Source of the DNA: Leucoraja erinacea
Lineage: Eukaryota
Length of the DNA stretch: 64,000 nt
Reading direction: 5' to 3'
Assembly: GCF_028641065.1 (NCBI RefSeq)
Contig: NC_073393.1
Span: 35,216,001-35,280,000 of the forward strand
Position 1 is the first letter of the stretch. Each line of letters starts with the position of its first letter. This document shows, piece by piece, positions 37,666 through 51,550 of the stretch. The notes beneath the pieces are model-generated. The model had not been told where the DNA came from and searched no databases. It saw nothing but the letters and a program-made list of their open reading frames with translations. The position numbers were made by a program, and so were the translations under genes.

Positions 37666-40600
37666 TGTTTATTCTTCCCACATTCTCCTCCACACAGTTT
37701 CTACCTCTCACCTACCTGTTAGGGACAGTTTACAGAGGCCAATTATTCTACTAACATTATTAATATCCCACTAGCATAATTCTGCCCACCTTTGGAATGT
37801 GGGGTAAACGGTGGCAACCAGACCAAATCCGTGCCTTCACAGGGAGAACCAACAAACTCCATACAGACAGCGGCTGAAATCCGGATGAATGCAGGTCGCG
37901 GGCACTGTGGAGACAGAGACTCCACTGGCTGCACCACTGTGCAGCCCCTCTGCAGGAGTGCCTGACTCAACAAAGCTGCCGTGACGCCACAGAAGGTGGA
38001 AGACTGCAGTCAGCAACGTTACCTAAAATGGAATGCAGCAAAATATTCAGGCCACCGGGTCCTTTGGACGCCTACTGAAGATGTTTTAGATGTCAGTAAA
38101 GGTTGATACATATGATCGCTAATGTTTTTTTATTTAGCTTGACAATTTGTAAGTATCTTTAAACAAACGTTTAAATTTCAATGTGGACAACAGCGACTGA
38201 GCCTCCACGTTTTCACTTTCTCGGGCTAAGAAGGAAGCAGCTCCATTACAATGAGCAATATTTGCTTTTCCACTCTTCATAATGGTCTCAGTGTAGTTCA
38301 TGAGCCTACCAGTAGCGTACAGCCCTGTGGTGAGAGGGATTGCTTTCCCCTGAGCTACCACACACTCATTTTACATGAGATTCCACCTTTGTTCTTAATG
38401 GCCCTCCCTTTAAATGGATAAAATTATTGAATCATAACACCTCCGAGGAATAGGACAGCAGGCAACCCTGCCAGGTCATCAGTCCACCAACACTGTGTTA
38501 GTTTTGGCTACATGCTTTCTGGAGACTACAGTTTTAAATCAGTCCTCTCCTCCTTGGATCAAAGCCAGATTAAATAATAATACCAAATCAACTCTTTTCA
38601 TTGGAGATAGGAAGTCCACACAAAAATGTTTTTACAAGAATGAAATATATTTGCACGCGTATTAGCCAGAGCCTTTCTTACTGCTGTATGGGTCTGTTTA
38701 CCTTGATAATAAAAATACACTTTGTCATGGTGAATGACTCTAATAAATTACTATGTAGGTGCTAACCACTTTTCAAGTTTGCTAAAACAAACTTGGGAAG
38801 AAATTTCTGCAATGCTTTGATTAACTCTGGAGAGCCTGTATCACTGGGATACAGTCTGTTGTCTACAGAGGCCACAACCCTGTCTGATTTATTAGGTTCA
38901 GTACTGCGAGCTCCCCAACCAACAACAGTTGCTTCTTCAGGGACTTGCGTCCATTGAAAATCTTTCGGCAAAGGCATGAGTTCCGGCTGACTTGAAGTTA
39001 TTCCAGGGGCTCGCTTTTTCACGTGTTGCTTGACAAGATTTAAAAAAATATTTCTATATAAGCCTTTCGCTGAACAGCATTTGCTTCATGTGTTCTTTGC
39101 TCAGAGAATGTCACACAGCTGTATTGCTTTATTGATTGCAATAAAATGAAAATAGTGCCGTGCAAAACCTAAATAGAGGTTAATGCCATCCTGGAGGCAC
39201 TTTGTCCAAACCTAAACATGTGTCTATGCTAGTGAAAGTTAACTCTTTTAATACTGAATTAGAATGACATCTGTAGAACACACACTTCTCTTCCATCACT
39301 TAGGCTACAATTATACTGTCATTTCAGCAATAATGCAAAGTGGTTTTGAGTGCATAAGAATGGAAAATTGCAGTGTACTGTATTTCCTTGCATGTCTAAA
39401 AAAACATGGTAATGCCAAATTTTTATACTCCATTTATTAAAATACCCCCTGTCCATCCAAGTTGTATTCATCTGCTTTACACCAAATGTAGTCGAACTGC
39501 CGAATTATATTCTTCAAAGTTGCTACAGAATGTGTGGAGACCAATTTAAAGCCTTTAGTTTCTATAAGGTTGTGCTTATTAACTGTTTTGGGCGGATTAG
39601 CCACCAAACCGCAGTATCAGTACCTGTATTAAAGATTGTGGATTTTCAAGCGCAAATTTCATCTCGACCAAATTAAATTTCAGTGATCTTGTGAGATGAT
39701 TTCAAAAAGCATTTTGGCAGAAGATTGCCTTGCCCATCAATCTGGCCACATCTTAAATTAATCACCATGCCCAGTTGCCACTGATAGTGTCTATCTGGGG
39801 ACCTTCAGAGAGGGTCTGAAATGTAAGCAAGGTCACAAAGAAGCTCAAAGTGTAGGTTTTTAACTGTTAAAGGAAAAATAATCAGTTAAAATACTGACCT
39901 GTGGATACAAACAAAATCAGCATTGTCCACTCAGCCCTGAAATTCTGTTCCACCATTTGAAAAGATCAAGGCTGTTCTAATAGTAACATAATAGTTGTCA
40001 ATCCCAATTATTCCTGTAACCTTGTGCCCCGTAGACACATAGAATACAGCATGAAAACTAGTCACTCAGCCCATCCCCTCCATTCCATGCCAACCCTTTT
40101 ACCAACTACACTGCTCCCATTTGCCCCCTTTGGTCTGAATGCCTTGACCATATGGTTTTGAAATGTTGTGATTGTATCTGACTCTCATCTGCCAGTGAGT
40201 TCCAAATTGTAACCACTCTGGGTAAAATATTCAACCTTCAGGTTACCTTTAAAACTGTCTTCTCTCTTCTTAAGCCTCTGCTCTCTTGTTTTTAATAACC
40301 CTGCCATGAGTAAAATATTTTGATGAACTACTGTGTCTATGTTTCTTGTAATCTTACATATTTACCTATATTCTGCACTTTATATCTTCCCCTTTTTTCT
40401 ACCGATTGTACTTAAGTTTGTACTTGACTGTAACTATATACAACATTATCCAATTTGATTGAACAACATGCAAAAGGTGTCAGAGGTTATGGGGCGAAGG
40501 CAGGAGAATGGGGTTAGGAGATAGATCAGCCATGATTGAATGGCAGAGTAGACTTGATGGGCCGAATGGACTAATTCTACTCCTATCAATTATGATGTTA

Positions 40601-40916
40601 TGATGTTATGAAAACAAAGCTTTTCACTGCACCTCAGTACTCGTGACAATAATAAACCTAAAACTAAACCTTCTATCAGGTCACCTCTTTGCATCTATTG
40701 CTCCAGGGAAAACAAACCCAGCCTACCTTAATCAAGTAATGCTATGTTCAAAGTATTCAAAGGACATTACTTCCATTGACCATAGCAGAAGAGTGCCCCA
40801 AGACACATGATTCCTCGCGAGAAAGAAATGAGTCTATTCTCTGTTAAATGGCAAACCCTTATATTTTAATGTCCCCATGTTAAATCGTCCCATGTGGAAA
40901 CATCCTCTCCAAGTAA

Positions 40917-41246
40917 AAGCCCTGGCCCACGGTACGAGTTCATTCCAAGAGCTCTCCCGAGTTAAAAAAAAATCAAACTCGTAGTAAGCACGGAGAATGA
41001 ACGTACCGGGTTTGTCGGAGCTCGGGGACGTCTCTTAGCGGCTCATAACGCTAACCACAGGTACTCGGGGAAGACTCGCTAACGTCAGGTAAGCACGGGA
41101 AGACTCGTGAAGGTTTTTTCAACGTTGAAAAATGTCCACGAGAGCCCCGAGTACCGACGAGTGGCCATTACCGCAATTCTCCGAGTTCGAATCAGGGCAA
41201 ACTCGGGAGAGCTCTTGGAATGAACTCGTACCGTGGGACAGGGGTT
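40917..41246. mobile_element. PIF/Harbinger-type MITE
   Basis: About 47-bp near-perfect TIR: CCCACGGTACGAGTTCATTCCAAGAGCTCTCCCGAGTT / AACTCGGGAGAGCTCTTGGAATGAACTCGTACCGTGGG. TAA / TTA flanks. Confidence 0.88.
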
Positions 41247-44200
41247 TTAGGATCTTACAGATTTCAATCATACCACCTCTCACTTAGCTAAATTCTCATT
41301 AGTGCAATCTAGGCATTCCATCCACCTGCGGTATCTATCTACAGGGCACATTTTTTCATAAAAAATCTGTTTTCATCTGCATTAGCTAAACTGCAACAGG
41401 AAATACATTTTAAATATGTAAAATAACATTTTGTAGTGTACATTAATAACACAATTATGTCATAAAGCTGTGTCTAATCGTGATAGTTCTTTTCCATTTG
41501 GTGCCGAGTAAGTAAATTCAAAAATAATTCCTTTGCATATTTTGGAAAACCAATGCAATTTGAGTCAAAGTGACATATAGTTATTCAGCATAGAATCAGG
41601 CCCTTCGGCCCAACTCATCCACGCTGGACAGAATGCTCCGTATAAGCCCATTTGCCTTTTAGCCCATATCCCTCAAAATTTCTCTTGCCTGTCTACTTGT
41701 CCGCATGTCTTTTAAATGCTGTTGTAATACCTGCTTCAATGACCTCCTCTGGCAGCTCATTTTACATACCCACCACTCTCGGACTGAAATTTTTGCCCCA
41801 GGCTTTCGAATGTGACCAAGGCTGAATACGGATCTTGTAAAGCAAGATCGGTATTCTGGTGATTTTCCACAGGCACTGTGTGGGACTCTGTGCTGTGCAC
41901 AAACAGACCACTGCATTTCTCTCCATTGCTATCTGCACTTCAACGTTGCAGTTCTCTGCCTCAGAGGGCGGTGGAGGCCGGTTCTCTGGATACTTTCAAT
42001 TGAGAGCTAGATAGGGCTCTTAAAGATAGTGGAGTCAGCGGATACGGGGTGAAGGCAGGAACGGGGTACTGATTGGGGATGATCAGCCATGATCACATTG
42101 AATGGCGGTGCTGGCTGGAAGGGCCGAATGGACTACTCCTGCACCAATTGTCTATTGTCTATTGTGTATTGCATCATTGACAGTCAGGTGCTGTCGGATG
42201 TCCCCAAGTTATAACAGGAAATCTTAGTTATATTAACATTTATTTGGCAAACCAGGGGTATCTGGTGTGAGCCGATTATTTCATGATTATGTGTTTGAAA
42301 TCGGTCTTGACTAAAAGACGGATGTGGAAAATAAAGGTTTTTCTATTCTTTAAAGCCGGAATAATATTCGACTTATCCTGATAGTCAGATTGACCCAAAT
42401 TGATCATGGCAGAGTTCTGACAGAAATCAAGGACAGTACATTTGGGCTTTACATCGGGGCATTGGCTTCATTTGGACAGTTTTGTCCAAGGTTCAGCCAT
42501 TGAATCACGCAGCAGTCACTTTTTATCTTTGACTCGTATGTCTGAAACCTCTGAGTTCCCAAGGACTTGCATCAAAGTTCAATGGCCCTAGAGATCTACA
42601 TGTGATGAGGTGGATCAAGGTTTACCGAGTCAGAAAGGACCTGTTTTGCAAACCTTGTCTTTTGTGATTCAGCAAAGAATGTAGGACTGAACTAACGAAG
42701 GGGGAAAAAAACTGATAAACTGAGGGCAGAGTGGACAGCGGGAGATAAATCTGTGCACAAAGTTACGAGGGCCGACAATAAATACTACCCTTGGCACCAA
42801 AAGATATTGAAGTGTGCAAAGGCTTCTGCAATCCAACTGGACAATCCGACGGCAAACCGCTAGCCAGCAAGATAAATCACAAAGGTAACCTATTTTGTCA
42901 TTGATATTATTGCTAGTTGAGGGTTAATAATTGTTCTGAACTTCATGCACGACTCGGTATTTCTTCTAAGTATTAGAAATGGATGCACAAGTGGCCCATT
43001 CCATCCTTAGAGTCAATGAGATCATGGCTGAGTTTCAACCTCAACTCCATCTCTCGCTATCTTCCATGATTCCCTTTGCATCAAAAGAAAAACTGAATGT
43101 ACTGAACCACTGAGCAATCATAGCTGTCATGAAAAACACTCTAAAGACTCTAAATGTTTGCCACCCTTTGAGTGAAGAATCTGTATTATTGTAAAAACTT
43201 ACCTGTGACTTTACGCCTCTGCATAAGCGGTTTCAGAGTACTACTTTGCATAGCTTGTCAGGTAGAGATTGAATTCAATCCTGGACTGCTTTTTGTTCTT
43301 GATTTGTCTAGCTGATGGTTATCTGCGTTGTTTATTTGTTATTTAGCCAGGTTACATAGATTTACAACATCAAAAACCATGCTGAGCTTTAACGAGTTGC
43401 CGTTCTTTCGAAGGCCTGTCTTTGCAAAGAACTGTTAACCAAGGTTAACTTTTATACTTCAGTATTGTTTTCACAAAGTTTTTTTTTTGTCAGGGCTAAA
43501 TCAGCACCAGATTTATTTCCAAATATAACATACCATATTAACTGAACCTGAGATGTGTGGTGTCAGATAGCACCAACACTCTGCTGCATTGCTGTGTAAT
43601 GCTACACAAGATACTGCTTGCTTGAAGCAAATTAGCAGGTGAAGCTGTTTTATGCCATTTAACTGTTGTTATTGTAGCCAGTCACGTCACAGTGTTCTTG
43701 CCCGAGGGTGTCACAAATAATATTATTGCTTATCCAATGTAATAATTAGTTCATCCATAGTAAGTATGTCTTTGGAGTTGTTGTAAAATGAGCCAAAGGA
43801 CCCTTGTGAATCTATAAAACGTCTCAAGTTAAGCAGGAATACGAGTGGGCAGATTTGTAAATTAGCTATAAACTAGTTATGGTGATGTGGTGCAAGTTAT
43901 CACAAAGGTGAGTCCAGGAGACACAGACATCATTTTGTTCTGCTAGGTGGAGTTAGAATTATTAAACTAAGATCCACTCTATACTATGCATTATCCACAA
44001 GACTACAGTCCATATAAATCTTATTTATGTGCCTGTTTCATTAAATTAATTTTTAAATCCCTTTTTTAATTATCGTTAAAGAGGCAGTTAATGTTTTCAG
44101 CTCGGAAGTCATATTCTCTTAATGGTTTGTGCCAGTGCATTTTAAGGTGCAAAGATATCTTCAGTGTTGCTTTTGGTTATAATTTTACTGATAAAACCTA

Positions 44201-45142
44201 TCAAAGTATACAGCATTGGAAAAGGCTGCTTGGAGCTTTGTGCCAATGCCCATTCTACACAAAAGTAATCCAAGCATAATTCCATTGCCCCTTCTCACCA
44301 ATTGACCTTCACTCTCCATTTCTTCAGATATATTCATATCCTAATGAAATAACAATGTTCTCTTCAACTACTCCTTGTGTCAAAACATTCAGTGCTTCTG
44401 CAACAACCCCCCCTTCTCTCCCCTTCTCTCCCCCCCTCTCTCCCCCCCCTCTCTCCCCCCCTCTAAAAGATACGTTCTCTCCTCACTTCCAGTGTGATCA
44501 TTTCAAATGAATGATAATTCATCTTTGACTCCAGTGAGAGCAAATGATCGTAGCAGATCTGTTCAATCAAAATGGTTCAGAATTAGACACCAAACTCTCA
44601 GGTTTACCCCAATGTGTACGTTTCATCAATATCTTGTCATTTCTTCATTTCTGATGTCTTAATTTTAAGGTGTTAAAGTTTTAACCTTTTATAACATTTG
44701 ACCTCACCAAACACACGTACCAAATGAACAATACATTTTGCTACACCGATACTTTCACCATTGCCATTTAGAGGTAAACGGCGAGGACAAACGTGCATGA
44801 AGGAGGATGGGTGGGCTACATGGCTCCTCTAGCCCTCTTTTTCACCCAATAAGGTGACAGCTGATTGAATCTTTGTCATCAACCCTACTTTCCTATCTTC
44901 TCTAGACTCCTTTCATGAGGATAAGAGTCCAATAATCCATCTCAGCATTGCATAGATTAAAGCCTCGGCATTCTGGGGAAGTGTAATAGAAAGATGTAAT
45001 GTTCAAGAAGGAACTGCAGATGCTGGAAAATCAAAGGTAGAAAAAAATGCTGAAGAAGTGTTTCGGCCTGAAACGTTGCCCATTTCCTTCATTCCATAGA
45101 TGCTGCTGCACCCGCTGAGTTTCTCCAGCATGTTTGTCTACC

Positions 45143-45905
45143 TAATAGAATAGAATAGAATAGTTTCTTTATTGTCATTGTAACATGAACCATGTACAAC
45201 GAAATTTAAAATGTCAGCCAGTCAGTGCACCATTCAAACATTTCTAAAAGCTAATGATACATACAATTTAAAATAATAAAGATAAACAACTAAATAAATA
45301 TCACGAACAAAGCACGCATACACACCCAACCCTCCATCCTTCTGTCGATTCCACAGTTACCACAGTCCCTTAGTCTGTATCGCCCCTGCGTTCCTTGGCG
45401 GCTACATTTAGAGCTTTTATAGCAGTGGGGGTTTTTTAGTCTATTTGTCCTTGTCCTTGTAGATCTGTACCGTCTGCCTGACGGCAACAGTTAAGGTGAC
45501 AGGGAGTGAATCTGGGAAATGTCCTTTATGATATTCTGGGTTTTTTTTGCAGCGGGAACTGTGTAAGTCCTCCAAGGTAAGGATAGAGCAGTCGACAATC
45601 CTCTGGGCGTTGTCATTGGCCCTCTGGAGCGCTTTCCTCGAGCCGCTGTGGCTGAAGTGTACCACAGGCAACACAGTATGTTCAGTAAGGAACTGCAATG
45701 CTGCAAAATCAAAAGGACAGCAGCAGTGCTGAAGAGATGTTTTCTTCCTGAGCCCCTCAGGAAGTGCAAACTTTTTCAGCAGCGTAGTGGTTTCACGCTC
45801 CACGTCGTTTCCTCAATATGGATTCCCAGGAAGCGGAAATCCGCCACCCTCTCTACACAGTCCCCTCTGATAGTCAATGGTACCATGTCCGTTTTATTCT
45901 TCCTA
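45143..45905 (-). mobile_element. Rex1/Babar-type LINE 3' fragment
   Basis: RKALQR...AQRIV...LEDLHSSRC and LPSGRRYRSTRTRTNRLKN, with a (TTCTA)n tail. Confidence 0.8.
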
Positions 45906-46844
45906 ATAGAACTATATATAGATCCGTTCCAGGTCTAGGGGTGGAGAAATGGCAGATGGAGTTGACTCTGGACAAGTGTGCAGCCTTGTACTTTGGGAGG
46001 TCAAGCATAAAGGGAAAGTATACAGTTAATAGCAGGAGTCATTAGCCAATAGTGTTTTATTTGTCACATATGCAGCTGCACAGTGAGTTTCTTTTTGCAT
46101 ATATTACACATGCGCTGCTACCATTATTCAAAGTCCAAAGTCTGCTCGACCTGTCCTGCCACCTTTGTGTACCGGGGTGCCTCCTGCAGCTGTCATTTAT
46201 GGCACTGGGGGCATTACTCCGTTTCACCCTCCTACCAGCCCATGTGCCTCACGTGCGACCCCTCCAGCTCCCTCCTATTACGCCATCCAGCGTGAATGTA
46301 CAGAGTGATCTTGGGGTTCAAGTCCACAGCTGCCAGAAAGTAGCAACACGAGGAGATAGAGTGGTAAATAAAAGGCACATGGTTTAGGTATGTTCCAGGT
46401 CACTTTCAACCTCGCAATTCGGGCGGGAGAAGTCACCGTTGCCGGTGCCCCGCAAAGCAGTCTCCCACCGGGGACCGGCGAGCTCCCAGTGTCACCATCC
46501 ACCGGAGTCGGGTCGCAGCCCTCCACGCTCCGAACTCTCCACGCTCCGAAGCCAGCCAGCTCCACGATGGTAGGTCCGCAGCTCCGCAGGCTCCATGACT
46601 TGAATCCCCAGGTCGTTCCGGTTGGAGGCCGCTCCACAGTGCTAGGCCCCAACGACAACGGAGACCCGACATACACATTTAAAAGCCCACTACAAACTAC
46701 ACCCTCAACGGGATTGCCTCAAAGGCAAGTTTATCCTTCTTCGCATACATGTAACTTCTACAGTGGCCATGGCATCACAAAGTCCTGTTTGGTTATGGCA
46801 AGGTATCATTCCCCTTGTAACAAAAGCTAACATTCATTTATCTT

Positions 46845-47391
46845 CCCTAGTACATCAGCAACAGAAAGTAAGCATACAGGTACAACAGGCAGTGAAGAAA
46901 GCTAATGGCATGTTGGCCATCATAACGAGAGAAGTTGAGTATAGGAGCAAAGAGGTTCTTATGCCGTTGCACAGGGCCCTGGTGAGACCACACCTGGAGT
47001 ATTGTGTGCAGTTTTGGTCTCCTAATTTGAGGAAGGACATTCTTGTTATTGAGGGAGTGCAGCGTGGTTTTACAATGTTAATTCCCCGGGTGGCAGGACT
47101 GTCATATGATGAATTAATGGAGTGACTGGGCTTGTATTCAGGGGAATTTAGAAGGATAAGAGGGGATCTTATAGAAACATATAAAATTATTAATGGATTG
47201 GACACGCTAGATGCAGGTAACATGTTCCCGATGTTGGGGAAATCCAGAACCAGGGGCCACAGTTTAAGAATATGGGGGTAGGCCATTTAGAACAAGTGAG
47301 GAAAAACCTTTTGACACAGAATTGTGAATTTGTTGAATTCTCTGCCTCAGAAGGAATGGGGGCTAATTCAAAAGAAGTTAGATAGAGCACT
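46845..47391 (+). mobile_element. CR1 ORF2 3' fragment, interrupted by a solo LTR
   Basis: QVQQAVKKANGMLA...YCVQFWSP. The CR1 sequence resumes at 48175 (CTCTCAGGGCTAGCGGAATCAAGGG). Confidence 0.88.
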
Positions 47392-48174
47392 TGTAAATAA
47401 GCTCTTCTAAGCTTCCCCCCAGTCTAGTTCAGTTAATAAAACACTGATTCAAGCACTGGAACATCTAATCTTTATTTTTGGATTGCACAACAAATTATCC
47501 TATACGATATCTAAAGCACCGCGGGTTTGATCCTTGTATCTGCCTGGCCAAGCCCTTCAACCTCGTGCAAGCAGAAACACTTCAAAAGGTCAAGCAGTTC
47601 AAAGCGCTATTCCAGAAAATCGACAAAGGACCTTGTGGGGGGTGTCTTTTATAGGTCCCCGGACCTTGAGGGGCCGAACTACAGAGAGGCGGTCTGTTTA
47701 CAATCCAATCAAACATATTGATTACAACTATACATTATTGACAGTTACACAGAGCAATAACAGAATCCCCCTTACATTGTTGCAGGAGAAGCTTCCAGAG
47801 GAAGCTAACTTAACTTGAATAATGCAACATTTACCCTGGAATCCAAACAAACCTGCCAGGGGCTCAACACTTTAACCAATCAACAAACAGTAGGGTAAAT
47901 GTCTGGCAACATTATTTACAATATGTACACTTGGTTTGCATTCATCCAATCAGATGAATGCATTTTACACTTCCTTGGAGGTCCTCTGCAGAAATCACAT
48001 ACATTCTGTCAATTGATCTGCAACATTGATCTTGGCCCTAGACTTACTGGCACCATTCCGAAGCTTGTCTTATTTCTGCAGAGCACATCAGTCTTGACCA
48101 AAATGGTCTAACAATACATGAGTCCTTTAATAAATTTTGGTGCTATGGCTGCTCTGTTTTAGCCAGGATTTACA
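47392..48174 (-). mobile_element. Solo LTR (783 bp), ERV- or Gypsy-like
   Basis: Termini TGTAAAT...ATTTACA. 4-bp flanks CACT / CTCT. On -, TATAAAA near 47650 and AATAAA near 47473. It splits a CR1 tail. Confidence 0.72.
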
Positions 48175-48399
48175 CTCTCAGGGCTAGCGGAATCAAGGGT
48201 TGCGACTTCACACCAGGACCAGTCCACTCCACTCTGAGTTCTTCCACAGTTCTACTGTATTTCACACAGTAATTTCTTCACACAAAGTGTGGTGGGTGCA
48301 TGGAACGAGCTGCCGGAGGAGGTAGTTGAGACGGGTACTATCGCAATGTTTAAAAAACATTTAGACAGGTACATGGACAGGACAGGCTTAGAGGGATAT

Positions 48400-48732
48400 T
48401 GTTGGATTGACATAACTCACACAAGTGTTTCGAATCCAAAGTCTTTTATTAGCAATCCGCATTGGTAACTTCATCTTAACATGCAGCTCAAGATTGAGCG
48501 AGAAAAGGAAAAAGGCTTTCTATTAAGCCTGTGGGCGGAGCCACAGTATGACATAGCATGAGTGACACTGATCTACATCCTCCCTCTTAAAGAATTAAAT
48601 GTAAATACAAAACAATTGACTAATTAAACATACATAATAATCTGGAGGAAAGTCAAACGTAGCCCGGGTACTTTACGGTGGGCTTTCAAACACGACCAGC
48701 ACATGTGCGATATAAACCAGTTCCGTTCTACA
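48400..48732 (-). mobile_element. Internally deleted LTR retrotransposon (3' LTR, PPT and ORF end) with 5-bp TSD
   Basis: LTR 48400-48577 (TGTAGATC...AATAAAA...CCAACA on -). PPT AAGAGGGAGGA lies immediately upstream. TSD GATAT at 48395-48399 and 48733-48737, inside a CR1 tail. Confidence 0.78.
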
Positions 48733-51164
48733 GATATGGGCCAAACTCAGGCTGGTGGGACTAGTGCAGATTGGACATGTTAGCTGGTGTTGCCAAGTTG
48801 GGCCAAAGGGCCTGTTTCCACGCAGTATGACTTTATGACTATGATTCTCGTTGGTTTCTGCTTCAGATTCCAGCACCTGCAGTCCCTCATGTGTCCAGAA
48901 ACATTAACTGTTTCTCCTTCCACAGATGTTATCAGACTTTCTGAGGCTTTTCAGGGTTTTTTGATTTAAAAAAAAAATTCAGATACCCAGCATTTGCAGT
49001 TTTTTTTTTAACATTTAATAATTTCACATCATTCTTTCAGCCATTCTTTTCTCATCTAAATTAACCTGAATATATCTCTTACCACACATCTTGTGTCATC
49101 TGCACTATTTACTCCCCCCCTTGCCTTTTTTATTGTTAGTAAATTTGGTAAAAAATCTCTTTCCTTGTTTCTGTCCGAAAAGGTGCATTAACTAATGCTC
49201 ATCCATATTAACTTTTAACCTGTGCCTAATCAGTAATCTGTATCTCCCTGAAGGTTTCATAGCTCCCTTTCTCCTTTCCAAAATGTCTGTGTTTTTGTTG
49301 CCAGCATATATTGGAATCGAGATCTCTCAATCAAGTCCAAAAGATTTATGTATACTGAAAAGAAAAGTAAACTACAAAGATTCATGCAGCACTTATTTAA
49401 TTTCTCATTTGTCAATCTAATATTTGGCCCTGCAAATCCAACTTTCCTTTCATGCCAAGCAGCTGAATTCTACCACCAGGCAATTTGATTGCCTTCGGAA
49501 AATGTAAACTACATCTACCACCATTCCCTTGATTATTTCAATCAGTCATTTCTTCAAAACAAAATGCTCCCTTAAATATGTCAAAGATGACTGATTTTTA
49601 ACAAATCCAAGTAGAATGCCCTTGATTAAACTATCTGTTTGTAAATGCTTTCAATTTCTGTCTTAAATAATTTATTTTACCCATTTAGAAAGTGAAGTGA
49701 GTTAATTGTTAATCTTGCGACTGTGATCTCTGCACGTTCTAGCTGTCTAGATTCATGCTCGCAGGATGCTAGCTTTGTTGTCATAACTCCCAGGAAATAA
49801 CCAGATATCCTGTGTTAACTTCCGTACTCTCGATCACTTCAACACTGGGCAGTTTAATGCAGATGGAGAAAGTCTATTGATGAGAGGCACATTACTGTTG
49901 GATTACCCACTTGGATCACAGAGTTGATGTGGACAAGCTTTTCCCTTTGAGAATAGGGAAGATTCAAACAAGAGGACATGACTTCAGAATTAAGGGACAG
50001 AACTTTAGGGGTAATATGAGGGGGAACTTCTTTACGCAGAGAAATGGTGGTGGCACTTCCAGTGGAAGTGGTGGGCAGTTTCATGGTATCATTGGAATAA
50101 AGGATAGGCATATGGATGAGAAGGCAATGGAGGGTTACTGTTGGATTACCCTTTTGTTTCACGGACTTGTGGGCCGATGTGTTTCCTGCGGTAAGTTACA
50201 TGGTTATATACCCTTTGCTTCTTCTGAGGATGTACCTCGGGAAGACAGATGACTTTGCTTCCTGCCCATTTCGACTGTATGCTTTTAGATTTAGTTTAGA
50301 GATGCAGCCTGGAAACAGGCCCTTCAGCCCACCAAGTCTGCACTGACCAGCAACCACCCATACACTAGTTCAATTCTGCACACTAGGAAACAATTTACAG
50401 AAGCCAATTAACCTACAAACCTGCACGTCTTTGGAATGTGGGAGGAAACCAGAGCGTCCGGAGAAAACCCATGTCGTCACAGGAAGTACGTACAAACTCC
50501 ATACAGACGGCACCCATAGTCGGGATCGAACTCGGGTCTCTGGCACTGTAAGGCTGAAACTATACCGCTGCGTCACCATGCTGCCTTGTGTTCTGAGATG
50601 ACCGGTAAATACGATGTGACAATGGTTGACTCCTCTACAGATGGGACAGAAGGTTCCTGACGGGATAAGCAATTTGGTGGTGCGGGAGGTGGAATGCTCA
50701 TTCAGTCATTAATACTGGGCTTCTGTTTGTTCCCTATATTTGAACTCAGTTTTCTCAATTTCATCCCAAATATTCCTTCAATTTGAGCAGTCGTGGACCC
50801 AGCAATTCCCTGAAATCTGTGGGAATGTTACATTTTTTACAGAGGCTTTGACAGCATCCATGAATATTTTTCTCTCCAATGATTATCTGTTCCCATGAAG
50901 GAACTTATTACAGAGTGGCTGTCTTGGAAAACTGGTGTCAGAAATGACTTGGCCTGCCTATTGGAGTTGGCTAGATGAGGTTTCAGTGCTGCAGATGCTG
51001 GTCTTGGAGAAGATGCAGATATTGATTCGTATCCTTCTGGTGGATCTAGACTAGAATTCCATCTTTGGTGACTGCTTTGAGATGTGCGGGGTGGACCAGA
51101 GATGAGAAATATGATCCGTGCTTTTGAGGGCTTCGTCATGTACCTTTGTTGTCAGAGGAGTGTT

Positions 51165-51550
51165 ATACTATACGATATGATACGATACAATATAATTGTA
51201 TTTATCCCAGGAGGGAAATTGGTTTCCCAACAATCGTCAAACACAAGACACTTGAAACATGAAAGTAAAGTGATGAGTGGGAAGGATTGGGGATGTGTAA
51301 AGATTTGGGAGGGGGGGGATGGCGTGGAGGGGTGTCAGTCTACCCCACGACAGAAAGGGGAGTAGTTGTACAGTTTGATAGCCATGGGGGAAAAGGATCT
51401 CCTGTGGCGTTCTGTACAGCATCTTGGTGGAACCGGTCTGTTGCTGAAGCTGCTCCTCAGGTTGACCAGTGTGTCTTGGAGGGGGTGAGCTGTATTGTCC
51501 AAGATGCTCCGCAGTTTGAGGAGCATCCTCCCCTCCAAGACTTCCTCCCA
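51165..51550 (-). mobile_element. Rex1/Babar-type LINE 3' fragment
   Basis: LLKLRSILDNTAHPLQDTLVNLRSSFSNR...TERHRRSFSPMAIKLYN. Confidence 0.8.

Noticed and set aside
46390-46830. 146-aa ORF in a GC-rich patch
   Set aside because: Embedded among LINE fragments and probably TE-derived untranslated sequence, with no domain or splice support.
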